64,000 nucleotides of DNA. It comes from Dehalococcoidia bacterium UBA5620 (lineage in GTDB: Bacteria > Chloroflexota > Dehalococcoidia > GIF9 > UBA5629). Location: assembly GCA_002423605.1 (NCBI GenBank), contig DIKK01000006.1, positions 1,216 to 65,215 of the forward strand. The letters are read 5' to 3'. This document shows positions 31,355 to 40,939 of the stretch, piece after piece. Numbering within the stretch: the stretch's first letter is position 1; every line of letters begins with the position of its first letter. Under the pieces are notes generated by a model. That model was not told where the DNA came from. It made no database searches and was given only the letters and a program-made list of their open reading frames with translations. The position numbers and the translations under genes were made by a program.

Positions 31355-32062
31355 CTAACCACCTAAGTAAGCGCTCTTTACCCGCTGGTCATTAGCCATG
31401 GCGCTTGCTTCGCCTTCCAGCACACATTTTCCGGCTTCGAGCACGTAAGCACGCTGGGCTAAGTTGAGTGCCATGCGGGCGTTCTGTTCCACCAGCACAA
31501 TACTTATACCACGGCTGTTGATATCTGTGATAATGAGCCCCATCTGCTCCACAACCAGTGGCGAAAGCCCCGTACTGGGTTCATCCATCATTATCAGTTT
31601 AGGCTGGTTCAGTAAGGCGCGGGCAATTGCCAGCATCTGCTGCTCGCCGCCGCTCAAGCTTCCTGCAATCTGCTTCCTTCTTTCGTTCAATATGGGGAAA
31701 TGGTCGAAGATATTTTTAAATCCTGCAACGGCCTCCTTTTTATCCTTCCGCAAATAGGCTCCAATTTCAAGGTTCTCCATCACGGACAGTGGCGCCAGGA
31801 TTTTTCTCCCTTCAGGGACATGTGATATACCCAGCCTCACTATCTTGTGAGCCTTCAAACCGCTTATTTTACCTCCGCAGAACCATACCTCGCCCCGGCT
31901 CGGGGTCTTGAGTCCTGATATCGTCCTCAATGTTGTGGTCTTGCCCGCCCCGTTGGCGCCGATAATGGTGACGATTTCCTTCTCTTCGACCTTCAAGGAA
32001 AGGCCTTTAATGACCTCTGCCTTGCCGTAATGCACTATAAGATCTTTAACTTCGAGGAACAT
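31355..32062 (-). CDS. livF: branched-chain amino acid ABC transporter ATP-binding protein
   Basis: 235 aa. Walker A GANGAGKTT, signature LSGGEQQMLAIA. Confidence 0.85.
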   Translation of the reverse strand: MFLEVKDLIVHYGKAEVIKGLSLKVEEKEIVTIIGANGAGKTTTLRTISGLKTPSRGEVWFCGGKISGLKAHKIVRLGISHVPEGRKILAPLSVMENLEIGAYLRKDKKEAVAGFKNIFDHFPILNERRKQIAGSLSGGEQQMLAIARALLNQPKLIMMDEPSTGLSPLVVEQMGLIITDINSRGISIVLVEQNARMALNLAQRAYVLEAGKCVLEGEASAMANDQRVKSAYLGG

Positions 32063-32063
32063 C

Positions 32064-32828
32064 TTAAACCACCTGTTTACCCAGATAAGCCTCGATTACC
32101 CGCTCATCCTCTTTTATTTTATCTGGCGGACCTTCTACCAGTTTTATGCCCAGGCTCAAGACTACAATCCTGTCACATAAGCTCATTATGGCTCTCATAT
32201 CATGTTCCACTATCAAAACGGTGATGCCTGTTTCCCGTATTCGTCTTATCTTCTCAATCATGGCCATTGTTTCACTGGGATTCATGCCGGTCACAGGCTC
32301 ATCCAGCAACAGTAAATCCGGTTCAGAAGCGAGGGCTATTGCTATGGCCAGGGCGCGTTGACGCCCGTGAGGTAAATTTGCCGCCAGTTCATCCCTGGCT
32401 GAAATCAGGTCCATGAACTCTAGTATTTCTAATGCCCTTTTCTTTTTTGTTACCTCTTCCTCTCTTGCTCCCGAGGTGTAAAAGACAGCTTTCCATACCG
32501 GTTCCCGGTAACGCCGGTGAAAGCCGCTGAACACGTTCTCAAATACGCTCTCCTGCATGAACAGGGTCGGCTCCTGGAATATCCTCCCGATACCACTGCT
32601 AGCTATCTGGTCTACCCTCAAACCGTTTATTTCCTCGTCCTTAAAGATGATTTTCCCTTTGTCTGCGCTATGGAAGCCGCTGATTATATTGAACAGCGTG
32701 CTTTTCCCGGCACCGTTGGGACCGATGAGGCCAAGTATCTCCGGCTTGTTGACATCAAAGCTCACATCGCGAAGGGCTATCAGGCCTCCGAATATTTTGG
32801 TCACATTTCTTATCTTTAACAGTACCAT
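32064..32828 (-). CDS. livG: branched-chain amino acid ABC transporter ATP-binding protein
   Basis: 254 aa. GPNGAGKST and LPHGRQRALAIA. Sits immediately upstream of livF. Confidence 0.85.
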   Translation of the reverse strand: MVLLKIRNVTKIFGGLIALRDVSFDVNKPEILGLIGPNGAGKSTLFNIISGFHSADKGKIIFKDEEINGLRVDQIASSGIGRIFQEPTLFMQESVFENVFSGFHRRYREPVWKAVFYTSGAREEEVTKKKRALEILEFMDLISARDELAANLPHGRQRALAIAIALASEPDLLLLDEPVTGMNPSETMAMIEKIRRIRETGITVLIVEHDMRAIMSLCDRIVVLSLGIKLVEGPPDKIKEDERVIEAYLGKQVV

Positions 32829-32832
32829 CTGT

Positions 32833-33855
32833 CTATCTCTTTCCTGTGAGTGAAGCTTTAATCTTTTTTACTCTGGCGTCGAAGCCTTCAAAGCTCACGT
32901 TAGCGGAATTTCTAATAGTTCCCAGAATACCGCCGGGGAAGAACAGTATTATGATTAACAGTAGTATGCCTGTGATTATAGGCTCGATTTCCTTAACTAC
33001 ACGCAAGTATTCTGGAACGAAGGTCATTATCACAGCACCAATCGCTGGACCCAGGATGTAGAACTCCAGGCCACCCAGCACGGCATATAATTGAACGTAT
33101 ATGGAAAGCCAGCCGGAGAAAGCGCCGGGCGTGATATTCTGGAAATAATGTGCGTAAAAGCAACCTGCCACAGCGGCTGTCGTTGAACCTATGACATATG
33201 CCAGCAGTCTATAGCGGTATGCATTTATCCCCAGCGTTCCTGCTAGATTGGGACTCAGCTTGATAGCTCTCCATGCCCGACCGATGCGTGAAGAATAAAG
33301 GGCAGTGTAGACAACGACTACCAGCAGCAAGAAAGCCAGTATCAGATAATAAAAATCATGCTTGGTGGCAAACTCCACAGGCCCCAGGGAGTCAGGGCGT
33401 GGTATTCCAATGATTCCTCCCCAGCCTCCAAGAAATTCAGCCTGGCCTATGGCGATCACAATCACCTGCGCAAAAATCAAGGAAATTATGACGAAAGCCA
33501 CGCCGGCGTTCCTGACGAACAATGCTCCAAATCCCAATGCCATAATGGCTGAAATCATCACTGTCAGCGGCAGGGCAACCCAGAATGAAAGTCCTGCATA
33601 CATCACGAGTACGGTTGATGTGTAGGCTCCGACGGCATAGAACGCTGCTGCGCCCAAGGTAATCAACCCTGCGCTGTAAAGCATGCTGAATGTCATACCC
33701 AGTATCGTGCCTATACATGCCATAATGATGAGGTGTTTTATATAGCCGCTCTCAATACAAAAAGGAAGAACCACAAGAGCCGCTACGGCAATGATTATCG
33801 CCAGCAGTTTATACCTGTTGGTTTTATGGTTTGCGCCGTTATTCGGCAGCTTCAC
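32833..33855 (-). CDS. livM: branched-chain amino acid ABC transporter permease
   Basis: Polytopic permease. GTG at 33855 with a GGGAGGA SD chosen as start. The track ORF extends to 33909 and overlaps livH. Confidence 0.8.
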   Translation of the reverse strand: MKLPNNGANHKTNRYKLLAIIIAVAALVVLPFCIESGYIKHLIIMACIGTILGMTFSMLYSAGLITLGAAAFYAVGAYTSTVLVMYAGLSFWVALPLTVMISAIMALGFGALFVRNAGVAFVIISLIFAQVIVIAIGQAEFLGGWGGIIGIPRPDSLGPVEFATKHDFYYLILAFLLLVVVVYTALYSSRIGRAWRAIKLSPNLAGTLGINAYRYRLLAYVIGSTTAAVAGCFYAHYFQNITPGAFSGWLSIYVQLYAVLGGLEFYILGPAIGAVIMTFVPEYLRVVKEIEPIITGILLLIIILFFPGGILGTIRNSANVSFEGFDARVKKIKASLTGKR

Positions 33856-34732
33856 CGAGCAATCCTCCCGGCCTGAATACCAGAATAATAATGACCAGCA
33901 TGAACACAAATAACTCCGCTATGCCGCCCATAAACTGGAAACCGAAGCTCAGCAACAAACCTACCAGCAAACCGCCGGCAATTGTCCCCCGGTAGCTGCC
34001 GATCCCACCCACCAGTAAGACCAGAAACGACATAAAAATTATGTTTTGACCCATGGAAGGCGTTACTGAGAACAGAGGCGCTATTATTCCACCCGCCAGC
34101 CCTGCAAGCGCACTGCCCAGCGCAAAGCATGATACAAAGACCCAGGAGGTGTTGATACCCTGCAATGTAACCGCCTCCGGGTCATAGCTCACGGCCCTCA
34201 GTATTTTCCCGAAAGTCGTTTTATACATCAGGAGATATAAGCAAATACATATCAGCAGGCTGAGGAATATTATTATCAGCCTCATCAGTGAAATCCTGAC
34301 ATTGAATACATCTATTATCTGGGGAAGCGGTGATTGTATCCCGCGCTCCTGCGTGCCGAAAACGAGCAGCGTACCTTGCTGCAAAATCATCATCAAACCG
34401 ACCGATGCCATGGCGCTCAATAGTAATATATAAGAGAAGGTGGTGCTCACCGTAAACCGCCGGCTGAGAACAGCAAAAATTCCAAGGTAGCTCAGCGCAC
34501 CGATTAAGGCTAGGCTTGCCCCCGACAGCACCAGGGACAAAGCAAAATTCAGATGAAGCGTCTGGAAGAAAAGGAAAAGCACATAGGCGCCCAGCATATA
34601 TAGCTGCCCGTGCGCGAAATTGAGTATCTTGGTGCCCCGCAGAATGATATCGAGGCCCAGTACCATGAGGATATAGATTGAGCCGATTGTCAGGGCATTG
34701 ACTAATAGCTGAATGAACAGTCCTAGGGACAT
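33839..34732 (-). CDS. livH: branched-chain amino acid ABC transporter permease
   Basis: Polytopic permease. Start taken at the internal ATG (MSLGLFIQLL) preceded by AAAGAGGA. The track ORF extends to 34798. Confidence 0.8.
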   Translation of the reverse strand: MSLGLFIQLLVNALTIGSIYILMVLGLDIILRGTKILNFAHGQLYMLGAYVLFLFFQTLHLNFALSLVLSGASLALIGALSYLGIFAVLSRRFTVSTTFSYILLLSAMASVGLMMILQQGTLLVFGTQERGIQSPLPQIIDVFNVRISLMRLIIIFLSLLICICLYLLMYKTTFGKILRAVSYDPEAVTLQGINTSWVFVSCFALGSALAGLAGGIIAPLFSVTPSMGQNIIFMSFLVLLVGGIGSYRGTIAGGLLVGLLLSFGFQFMGGIAELFVFMLVIIILVFRPGGLLGEAAE

Positions 34733-34843
34733 CGATTCCTCTTTGATTTTACTAAAGAAGCTTGTGCCGTTGGTGGCACAAGCTTCTTTATACTGCAATC
34801 AATCTTTGGTCTGCCAGACCTAATTAGTTATACAGGATGATAG

Positions 34844-36100
34844 CTATTTCCAGCTTCCGCCAAATGCGGTCTCGTTAGCTTTTAATGCTTCCTCAGCTGT
34901 TATTGTGCCCAGGTATTCGTACTTACCATTCTTAAACAAACCAAAGTCTAGCGAAGCGCAGGTATCGCAGAATCTATTATTATTCAAGTCAGGCCGTTTG
35001 ACCAGTATTCCTTTGCCGTTAGGACTCTCCCATTGCAGCCCGTTGGCAGAGAGATATGCTGCAACTACACTGGGGTCGACGCTATCAACCTTATTAATAG
35101 CCTCCACAAACGCATAAAAAGCTGGTATCCAGTTGAGACTAGCTGAGGACCACTCGCCATATTTAGCAACCCAGTCCGCCTTGTATTTTTTAGCCATCTC
35201 GGCGGGATTGGTTATATCGGTAGCAGGCATTATAGAGATAAGATTTTCCATGGACTCTTTCGGGGTCACCGCCAGAACCTCAACCAGGTTAGGCTGCATG
35301 GGGCTGATGTGTACACCTTTATAACCAGCTTCATATAATGCTTTGAACTGGAGCCCGAACTGTGTACCGGCAACCGCACCCGGGTAATCCATTATGTCCG
35401 GCTTGAGAGACATGATTTTTGTGGCGAAAGGTGCAAAGTCCTGGGTATCACGCGGGTAGAAAATTGATTCCAGCACTTTAATACCTATAGATGCAGCTGC
35501 CTTGGCATTGTCTGCTGCAAGCGCCTTTCCTGTTTCGTCGTCTGGAGACAGATTAACCATGGTCTGTGCATTAGGGAAGTTCTTTTTTAAGAGAGGGAAT
35601 AGCGGAGCCAGGTTAGTCCTCCAGGTTGCAGTACCGTAGGTATATTTATTTTGTGGGCTTATTATTTTTCCAGAAGCGCCGCCGCAGAAGACAAGAACAT
35701 TAGCCGGTTCCGTCACTGCTAACCCTGCGACTATGGGCGCAGAGCCTACCTGGCAGATGATGAAATTTACCTTATCTTCATTGACCAGCCTCTCCACAGC
35801 CGCCCTTCCGCCATCGGCAGTATATTTGTCATCGTATATAATGACGTCGATGTTGTATTTCTGTCCTTTCACCGTCAGTCCGCCGGCCTGGTTAAAAGCT
35901 GGCACTATCATTTCCAGCGCTTTTTTGGTATCTATCCCAAGGCTGTTAGTGAAGGGCAGGGTACATCCGACTTTCAGCGTTTTTACCTCTGTGCTGGCCG
36001 GAGATGTCGATGGCGTAGTCGGCGCAGGATTACAGGCGACAAGCAGTGGCGATGCCGCCATTGTTATTGCCAATACGATGAACAGAGCAATTTTCCTCAT
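34844..36100 (-). CDS. branched-chain amino acid ABC transporter substrate-binding lipoprotein
   Basis: 418 aa. Signal peptide with lipobox (LLVAC) and a periplasmic-binding-protein type I fold. First gene of the liv operon. Confidence 0.8.
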   Translation of the reverse strand: MRKIALFIVLAITMAASPLLVACNPAPTTPSTSPASTEVKTLKVGCTLPFTNSLGIDTKKALEMIVPAFNQAGGLTVKGQKYNIDVIIYDDKYTADGGRAAVERLVNEDKVNFIICQVGSAPIVAGLAVTEPANVLVFCGGASGKIISPQNKYTYGTATWRTNLAPLFPLLKKNFPNAQTMVNLSPDDETGKALAADNAKAAASIGIKVLESIFYPRDTQDFAPFATKIMSLKPDIMDYPGAVAGTQFGLQFKALYEAGYKGVHISPMQPNLVEVLAVTPKESMENLISIMPATDITNPAEMAKKYKADWVAKYGEWSSASLNWIPAFYAFVEAINKVDSVDPSVVAAYLSANGLQWESPNGKGILVKRPDLNNNRFCDTCASLDFGLFKNGKYEYLGTITAEEALKANETAFGGSWK

Positions 36101-36326
36101 AACTTTCCCTCCTTGGAAGTAGCAATATTTAACAAGTTGCCAGGTTTATCCATTATTCGAGGATACGTGACTCCAGCATCACCACGGGGATGCGGTGACT
36201 TATCCAGAGTCACCTTCGGTAGATATACTTGTTTACACTCATCTACTGAACAACTACTATTTAATATTTATGATGTCCTCAGAGTATACTATGTTAATCG
36301 ACATGTTTGCAATAGGGGCAGCAACG

Positions 36327-37205
36327 TCATGGAGTTTTCGCCCTGGGATATGAGCCCAGCACCTTTAAAAACAAACATGCCTCCTCTACCTTATGCAGTG
36401 CTTCCTTGATGACCGGGTCCTGCCGATGTCCCTCGAAGTCGAGGTAGAAGTGGTATTCCCAGGGTGTCTTTCTGGTAGGCCTGGTTTCGACCTTGGTGAG
36501 GTTTATTTCATGCTTGGCAAATTCCTCGATGACCTGATGGAGTGTACCCGGTTTGTGTTTTAGCAGTGTAACTATCGATGTCTTATCATTGCCGGTAGGG
36601 GGAGCATCCTGCTTACCCAGCAGGAAAAACCGGGTGGAATTCCATCGATTATCCTCGATTTCCCTGGCCAGTATATTCATGTCATTGGCAAAAGCTACTC
36701 CCTCACCAGCCACTATTGCAGTATCCGTAAGCCTTTTGTCCTTTATCATCTTTACTGTGCTGAGCGTATGGTAGGTAGGGATCAATTCGCCTCCCAGATG
36801 TTTTAAGAAAGCCTGGCATTGAGCCAGTGCCTGTGGATGGGAATATATTTTCTTTATCGAACTCAGGCTAGCTGACTTATTGGCTATCAACGAATAGGTG
36901 GTCCTGATATGCGCCTCTCCACACACCACCACGTTTGACTCTAGCAATAGGTCGTAGGTCATTCCTATGCTTCCTGCCTGTGAGTTCTCTATTGGCGCAA
37001 TGCCATGCGTCAGGCTTTCATGTTGCACCAGGCTAAATACTTCCTCGAGTGTGTCGCATTGCCTGGTCTTCACAGAGCGCCCAAAGAAATTGAAAGCTAC
37101 TTCCTGACCAAAAGAACCGTCCTCTCCCTGAAACGCCACTTCTATATTGTTATCCACTATCCCGGCAGCGGTATCTTCGAAAGTCCTTTTCGAGTTTTGC
37201 GACAT
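36327..37205 (-). CDS. pheA: prephenate dehydratase
   Basis: 292 aa. PDT domain (VAFQGEDGSFGQE...YSHPQALAQC) and a C-terminal ACT domain. Confidence 0.85.
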   Translation of the reverse strand: MSQNSKRTFEDTAAGIVDNNIEVAFQGEDGSFGQEVAFNFFGRSVKTRQCDTLEEVFSLVQHESLTHGIAPIENSQAGSIGMTYDLLLESNVVVCGEAHIRTTYSLIANKSASLSSIKKIYSHPQALAQCQAFLKHLGGELIPTYHTLSTVKMIKDKRLTDTAIVAGEGVAFANDMNILAREIEDNRWNSTRFFLLGKQDAPPTGNDKTSIVTLLKHKPGTLHQVIEEFAKHEINLTKVETRPTRKTPWEYHFYLDFEGHRQDPVIKEALHKVEEACLFLKVLGSYPRAKTP

Positions 37206-37239
37206 GTGATAACCTCCTCGATTATCTCATTTGATACAA

Positions 37240-37872
37240 TCATAGCATGTTATTAACGCTTTTGTTGCGGCTGTGTTTATAAATCCTGTAGCCGTAATAG
37301 ACGACAACTACCATCATCACGGCTAAAACCACGATGTCAGCGATGTGGTTGTATTTCATTATCCCTGTCCAGTTGCTTTTGAGAACGTAGCCCATGTAAG
37401 TCAAGAATGCATTCCAGGTGCTGGCACCGATAACCGTATACAGAACGAATTTAAACAAATTCATTCTGCCTATGCCAGCAGGGACCGATATAAGGTGCCT
37501 TATTATGGGAATGAACCTGCAGATCAAGATGGTTATATCCCCCCGCTTGTTGAAGTAATTTTCAGTTAAGGTTAAATGGTGCTTGTCCAGCAGCATGTAT
37601 TTCCCGAACTTTTCAATAAAGGTCCGTCCGCCCCATGCTCCGATGTAATAAGATAGCAGCGAACCAGTGATGCTGCCCAGCGTGCCCCAAAATATCACCC
37701 CGGGGAAGCTGAATTTACCTTCTTCCACCAAGAATCCGGCGAATGGCATAACAGCTTCGCTGGGTATGGGCATAAACGTGCTCTCCAGCATCATTAAAAT
37801 CACCACACTGATATAGCCTGTGCCGCCGATAAAATTGACTATGAAATTGATTATTGCCTCTGTGATGCCCAT
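37240..37872 (-). CDS. DedA/SNARE-associated family membrane protein
   Basis: DedA motifs (ESTFMPIPSEAVMPFAGFLV...ICRFIPIIRHLISVPAG). Start taken at the internal ATG (MGITEAI); the track ORF extends to 37953. Confidence 0.7.
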   Translation of the reverse strand: MGITEAIINFIVNFIGGTGYISVVILMMLESTFMPIPSEAVMPFAGFLVEEGKFSFPGVIFWGTLGSITGSLLSYYIGAWGGRTFIEKFGKYMLLDKHHLTLTENYFNKRGDITILICRFIPIIRHLISVPAGIGRMNLFKFVLYTVIGASTWNAFLTYMGYVLKSNWTGIMKYNHIADIVVLAVMMVVVVYYGYRIYKHSRNKSVNNML

Positions 37873-38136
37873 CCTGTTCGTTTTCCTAGTATACCAAAAT
37901 ATGAATCGTGGAGAAGACCAACGAGGGGGTCGCATATATGCCAGGAAAGACAAATAAAGCCACGTTCAACTTGCACACCGACGTCTTGGCAGTCTATGAA
38001 TAGCACCATGGAACGAATGCTTAGCACAATGACCAAGGAAGATCGGGTTCTTTTGTCGCTCATTCAGTTGCAAAAGGAATTATTGTTAACGTAATATATA
38101 ATTCCATTCTAATGATATGAGCAGGTGTGATGTGCT

Positions 38137-38994
38137 ATGCAAAAAGTGGTAGTGGTTGTCAGCAGTGCCGTTTCCCTACAGGAAGAGTTAATTCAGGCTT
38201 ACGGTATCCGTTTAGTACCGGAAAAAATTATTATCGAAAATAAGGTCTATCGGGACCGTATCGATATTACTCCCCACGAATTTTACCCCATCCTTGAAAA
38301 GTCTGAAAGGATCCCCACCACCTCTGCTCCATCCGCTCAGGATTTCGTTGATGCCTTCACAGAAACCGCTGAGGTGGCCGATGCCATCGTATGCATCACC
38401 GTGACCAAAGGATTCAGCCAGATGGAATTTCAGTCGGCCCTCGCGGCCAGTAAAAATTTTTCAAAGATTCCTACTGTTGTCATCGATTCACGGGCTGCCC
38501 CTGGAGCCTATGGCTTTATTGCCTTAGCAGCCGCCAAAGCTGCCGCCGCGGGTAGAGACATCGACTAAGTGGGAGCCGCGGCGGAAGATATGCAACGGCG
38601 CGTTACCATGCTGTTTACCCTGGACACCTTGGAATATCTTGCTAAGGGAGGGCGTATCGGTAAGGCTGCTTTGTGGGCAAGCGGTCTGCTTAGTATCAAG
38701 CCGATAATGGAAATCCCCACCACTACCGGGGCTATCGAGCCGCTGGAAAGGGTTAGAACCAGAGAAAAATCCCTGACGCGGCTTTTGGAAATCATGGAGA
38801 CGAAAACATTTAAGAATGGACCCGTGCATGTCATTATCGATCATGCGAATGTCCCCAACGAAGCATATGAGTTTAAAAAACGTTTGTCCTCCTGCTTCGA
38901 CTGCGCGGAAATTTATGTGAATGACTGGCCACTGGTTGCCGCGGTTCACTGCGGTCCGGGTGCCATGGGTATTTCCTTTTACACCGGGGAATAG
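38137..38994 (+). pseudogene. DegV-family fatty-acid-binding protein interrupted by an in-frame TAA
   Basis: Track ORFs 38137..38568 and 38569..38994 share one frame and are separated only by TAA at 38566-38568. Together they give a full-length DegV. The N-terminal half ends ...AAAAGRDID*. The C-terminal half carries TLDTLEYLAKGGRIGKA, the conserved DegV motif. Confidence 0.6.
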
Positions 38995-39025
38995 GCAATA
39001 AAATTACGGGTATCTGGAGGTAAGA

Positions 39026-39649
39026 ATGGGAATGCAGTCTTTATTGGTGATATTGCTCGGTTACTTATTAGGGTCCGTATCCTGGGCTTATGTAATCGGC
39101 CGGTTGATCGGTAAGATCGATATCAGGGAAGCTGGTGACGGCCATATCAGCGCTGCTGCCCTTCGTAAACGACTCGGCCTCGCAGCGACCATAACGTCAG
39201 GTTTTTTGGATTTTTGCATGGGCGCATTGGCTATTATCATCGCCAGGGCGCTTAATGAACCTCAAATAATAGTCATGGTTACCGGACTTGCCGCAATGAC
39301 CGGTCACAACTGGTCACTCTTCCTGAAATTCCAGGGAGGACTGGGAGCCTCGATAATCCAGGGGGTGCTTGCTGTCCTGGTATTCTGGCCGTTCGCCATC
39401 GGGGCGCTCTTAGCCCTGATATCACAACGCATTATAAGAAAAACCGGAGTCAGCACTGTGATCTGGGTTGTTACCGTCACCCTTGTTTTGATAATACAGA
39501 ATCTCTTTTTGCATCAAAACCACTCCCCGGATCTCATAATTTATCCGCTCGTTCTCATATTACCGATGTACCTGAAGCGTTTCCAGATAGGCCATATGAC
39601 CCTGAACGATTACGTAACATCGCACCTCCGATGGCTTCCCAAAGGCTAA
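39026..39649 (+). CDS. PlsY-family (glycerol-3-phosphate acyltransferase-like) membrane protein with divergent motifs
   Basis: 207 aa. GYLLGSVS...DIREAGDGHISAAALRKRLG...TGHNWSLFLKFQGGLGAS aligns to PlsY. However the canonical GSGN and GATN motifs read GDGH and ISAA. Confidence 0.55.
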   Translation: MGMQSLLVILLGYLLGSVSWAYVIGRLIGKIDIREAGDGHISAAALRKRLGLAATITSGFLDFCMGALAIIIARALNEPQIIVMVTGLAAMTGHNWSLFLKFQGGLGASIIQGVLAVLVFWPFAIGALLALISQRIIRKTGVSTVIWVVTVTLVLIIQNLFLHQNHSPDLIIYPLVLILPMYLKRFQIGHMTLNDYVTSHLRWLPKG

Positions 39650-39900
39650 AACCTGACGGATGGCTGGCAGTACCTCAATGACATGGCAAAAAGTACATCG
39701 TAATTTGAGACAGATAGATTAAGGATTGCCGGGAAAATAGCGCTGGCTTTATCGCCTGTACCCCAAGATTATCAATCCAGTAGCAAACCGAAACCAGGTT
39801 ATCCCAATAAATGGTGGGGCATCGATATGAAAAAGGTGATGGTAAACTGGTTTGGCTGGATGGGGTGGCAGCATGTTTAGGGGTTTGGGTCATTGAAACC

Positions 39901-40110
39901 CTAGCTGACTATTTCGAAGGGGCAGGTTATGGCGCCCGTTTCGCAGACAAGCTCACACTGTGTGCACCAGCCGCAGTCCACCACTTCTATTATGGTGATA
40001 ACATTACCCTCTAGGACCAGCGCACCGCAACGGCAAACAGTAACACACAGCCCGCAGCCGTTGCATTTGTCAGTGTCTATGATAGGCATCAGCTTATCAT
40101 ACATTTTCAA
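39901..40110 (-). CDS. 2x[4Fe-4S] ferredoxin
   Basis: 69 aa. CNGCGLCVTVC and CGWCTQCELVC cluster-binding motifs. Confidence 0.75.
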   Translation of the reverse strand: MKMYDKLMPIIDTDKCNGCGLCVTVCRCGALVLEGNVITIIEVVDCGWCTQCELVCETGAITCPFEIVS

Positions 40111-40170
40111 TGCTCTGCATCTTGGAATCGTAACACTTGCATTGATTGTTTGTCTGTGACCTTTGTCTCA

Positions 40171-40839
40171 TTAAGGTACTGCCATAATTTGTCTTAGAGC
40201 TTCCTTGTCCTTGATGACTATGCGGCGGTGTTCCAGCCTGATGGCACCTTTTTCTTCAAGCGCTTTAAGTGACCTGCCCACAACTTCCCGGGCGGTGCCA
40301 GCAATGGCTGCCATATCCTGCTGGGTGAGCTGGGGCCGGGGGCCGCTTCTATCGCCTGAGTTTTCCAAGAGTATCCTGGCTACGCGACCGATAACTTGCT
40401 TGAAGGACAAATCCTCGACCAGCGACACCAGATTGCGCACTCTGCTGGCCAATACCATGGAGACATTAAGCGCTAGCCGGGGATGCTTGGCGATGGTGGT
40501 TTCCAGGTCAGCCTTGTGTATCCCGTAGAGGACAACGGGGCCCATGGCTTGAGCGCTGGCGTGATTAGGGCCGCCATCGAAGACGGGGACGTCGTTAAAA
40601 GACTCGCCTGGCCGCACGATGCTGAGTATCTGCTCTCTCCCTTCAGGCGAGGTTTTCAACACTTTGACCACGCCTGAAGCTACGAAATAAAGCTCCTCTG
40701 CCGGGTCGCCTTCGAGCGCCAGCATCTCGCCCCGCTCGGCTGTTTTTTCGAAGAACAGGTTCTTTATGGACGCCAAATCGCGGTCCTGGAGGCCGGCGAA
40801 ATATGGTATACGCTTAAGAAAATCCAGTGGAATAGCCAT
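40171..40839 (-). CDS. Crp/Fnr family transcriptional regulator
   Basis: 222 aa. N-terminal cNMP-binding domain and C-terminal HTH (QQDMAAIAGTAREVVGRSLKALEEKG). Confidence 0.85.
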   Translation of the reverse strand: MAIPLDFLKRIPYFAGLQDRDLASIKNLFFEKTAERGEMLALEGDPAEELYFVASGVVKVLKTSPEGREQILSIVRPGESFNDVPVFDGGPNHASAQAMGPVVLYGIHKADLETTIAKHPRLALNVSMVLASRVRNLVSLVEDLSFKQVIGRVARILLENSGDRSGPRPQLTQQDMAAIAGTAREVVGRSLKALEEKGAIRLEHRRIVIKDKEALRQIMAVP

Positions 40840-40939
40840 GTGCTTTATGGCTAATATTACATGTATTAGATTTGGTTGGCAATAGGCTGCCTAACATCCA
40901 GGAGAGGCGATGTCAGCTTATGTTCGGGCATGGGCAGGC

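Noticed and set aside
31132-31362. 76-aa ORF in the 430-bp spacer between livF and the second nfu gene
   Set aside because: It overlaps the livF stop, has no SD, and its product is low-complexity. The spacer more likely holds the liv terminator and nfu promoter.
39675-40014. Small ORFs 39675-39893 (minus) and 39811-40014 (plus) between plsY-like and ferredoxin genes
   Set aside because: They overlap each other, and one overlaps the convincing ferredoxin gene. Neither has motifs or a good ribosome-binding site.
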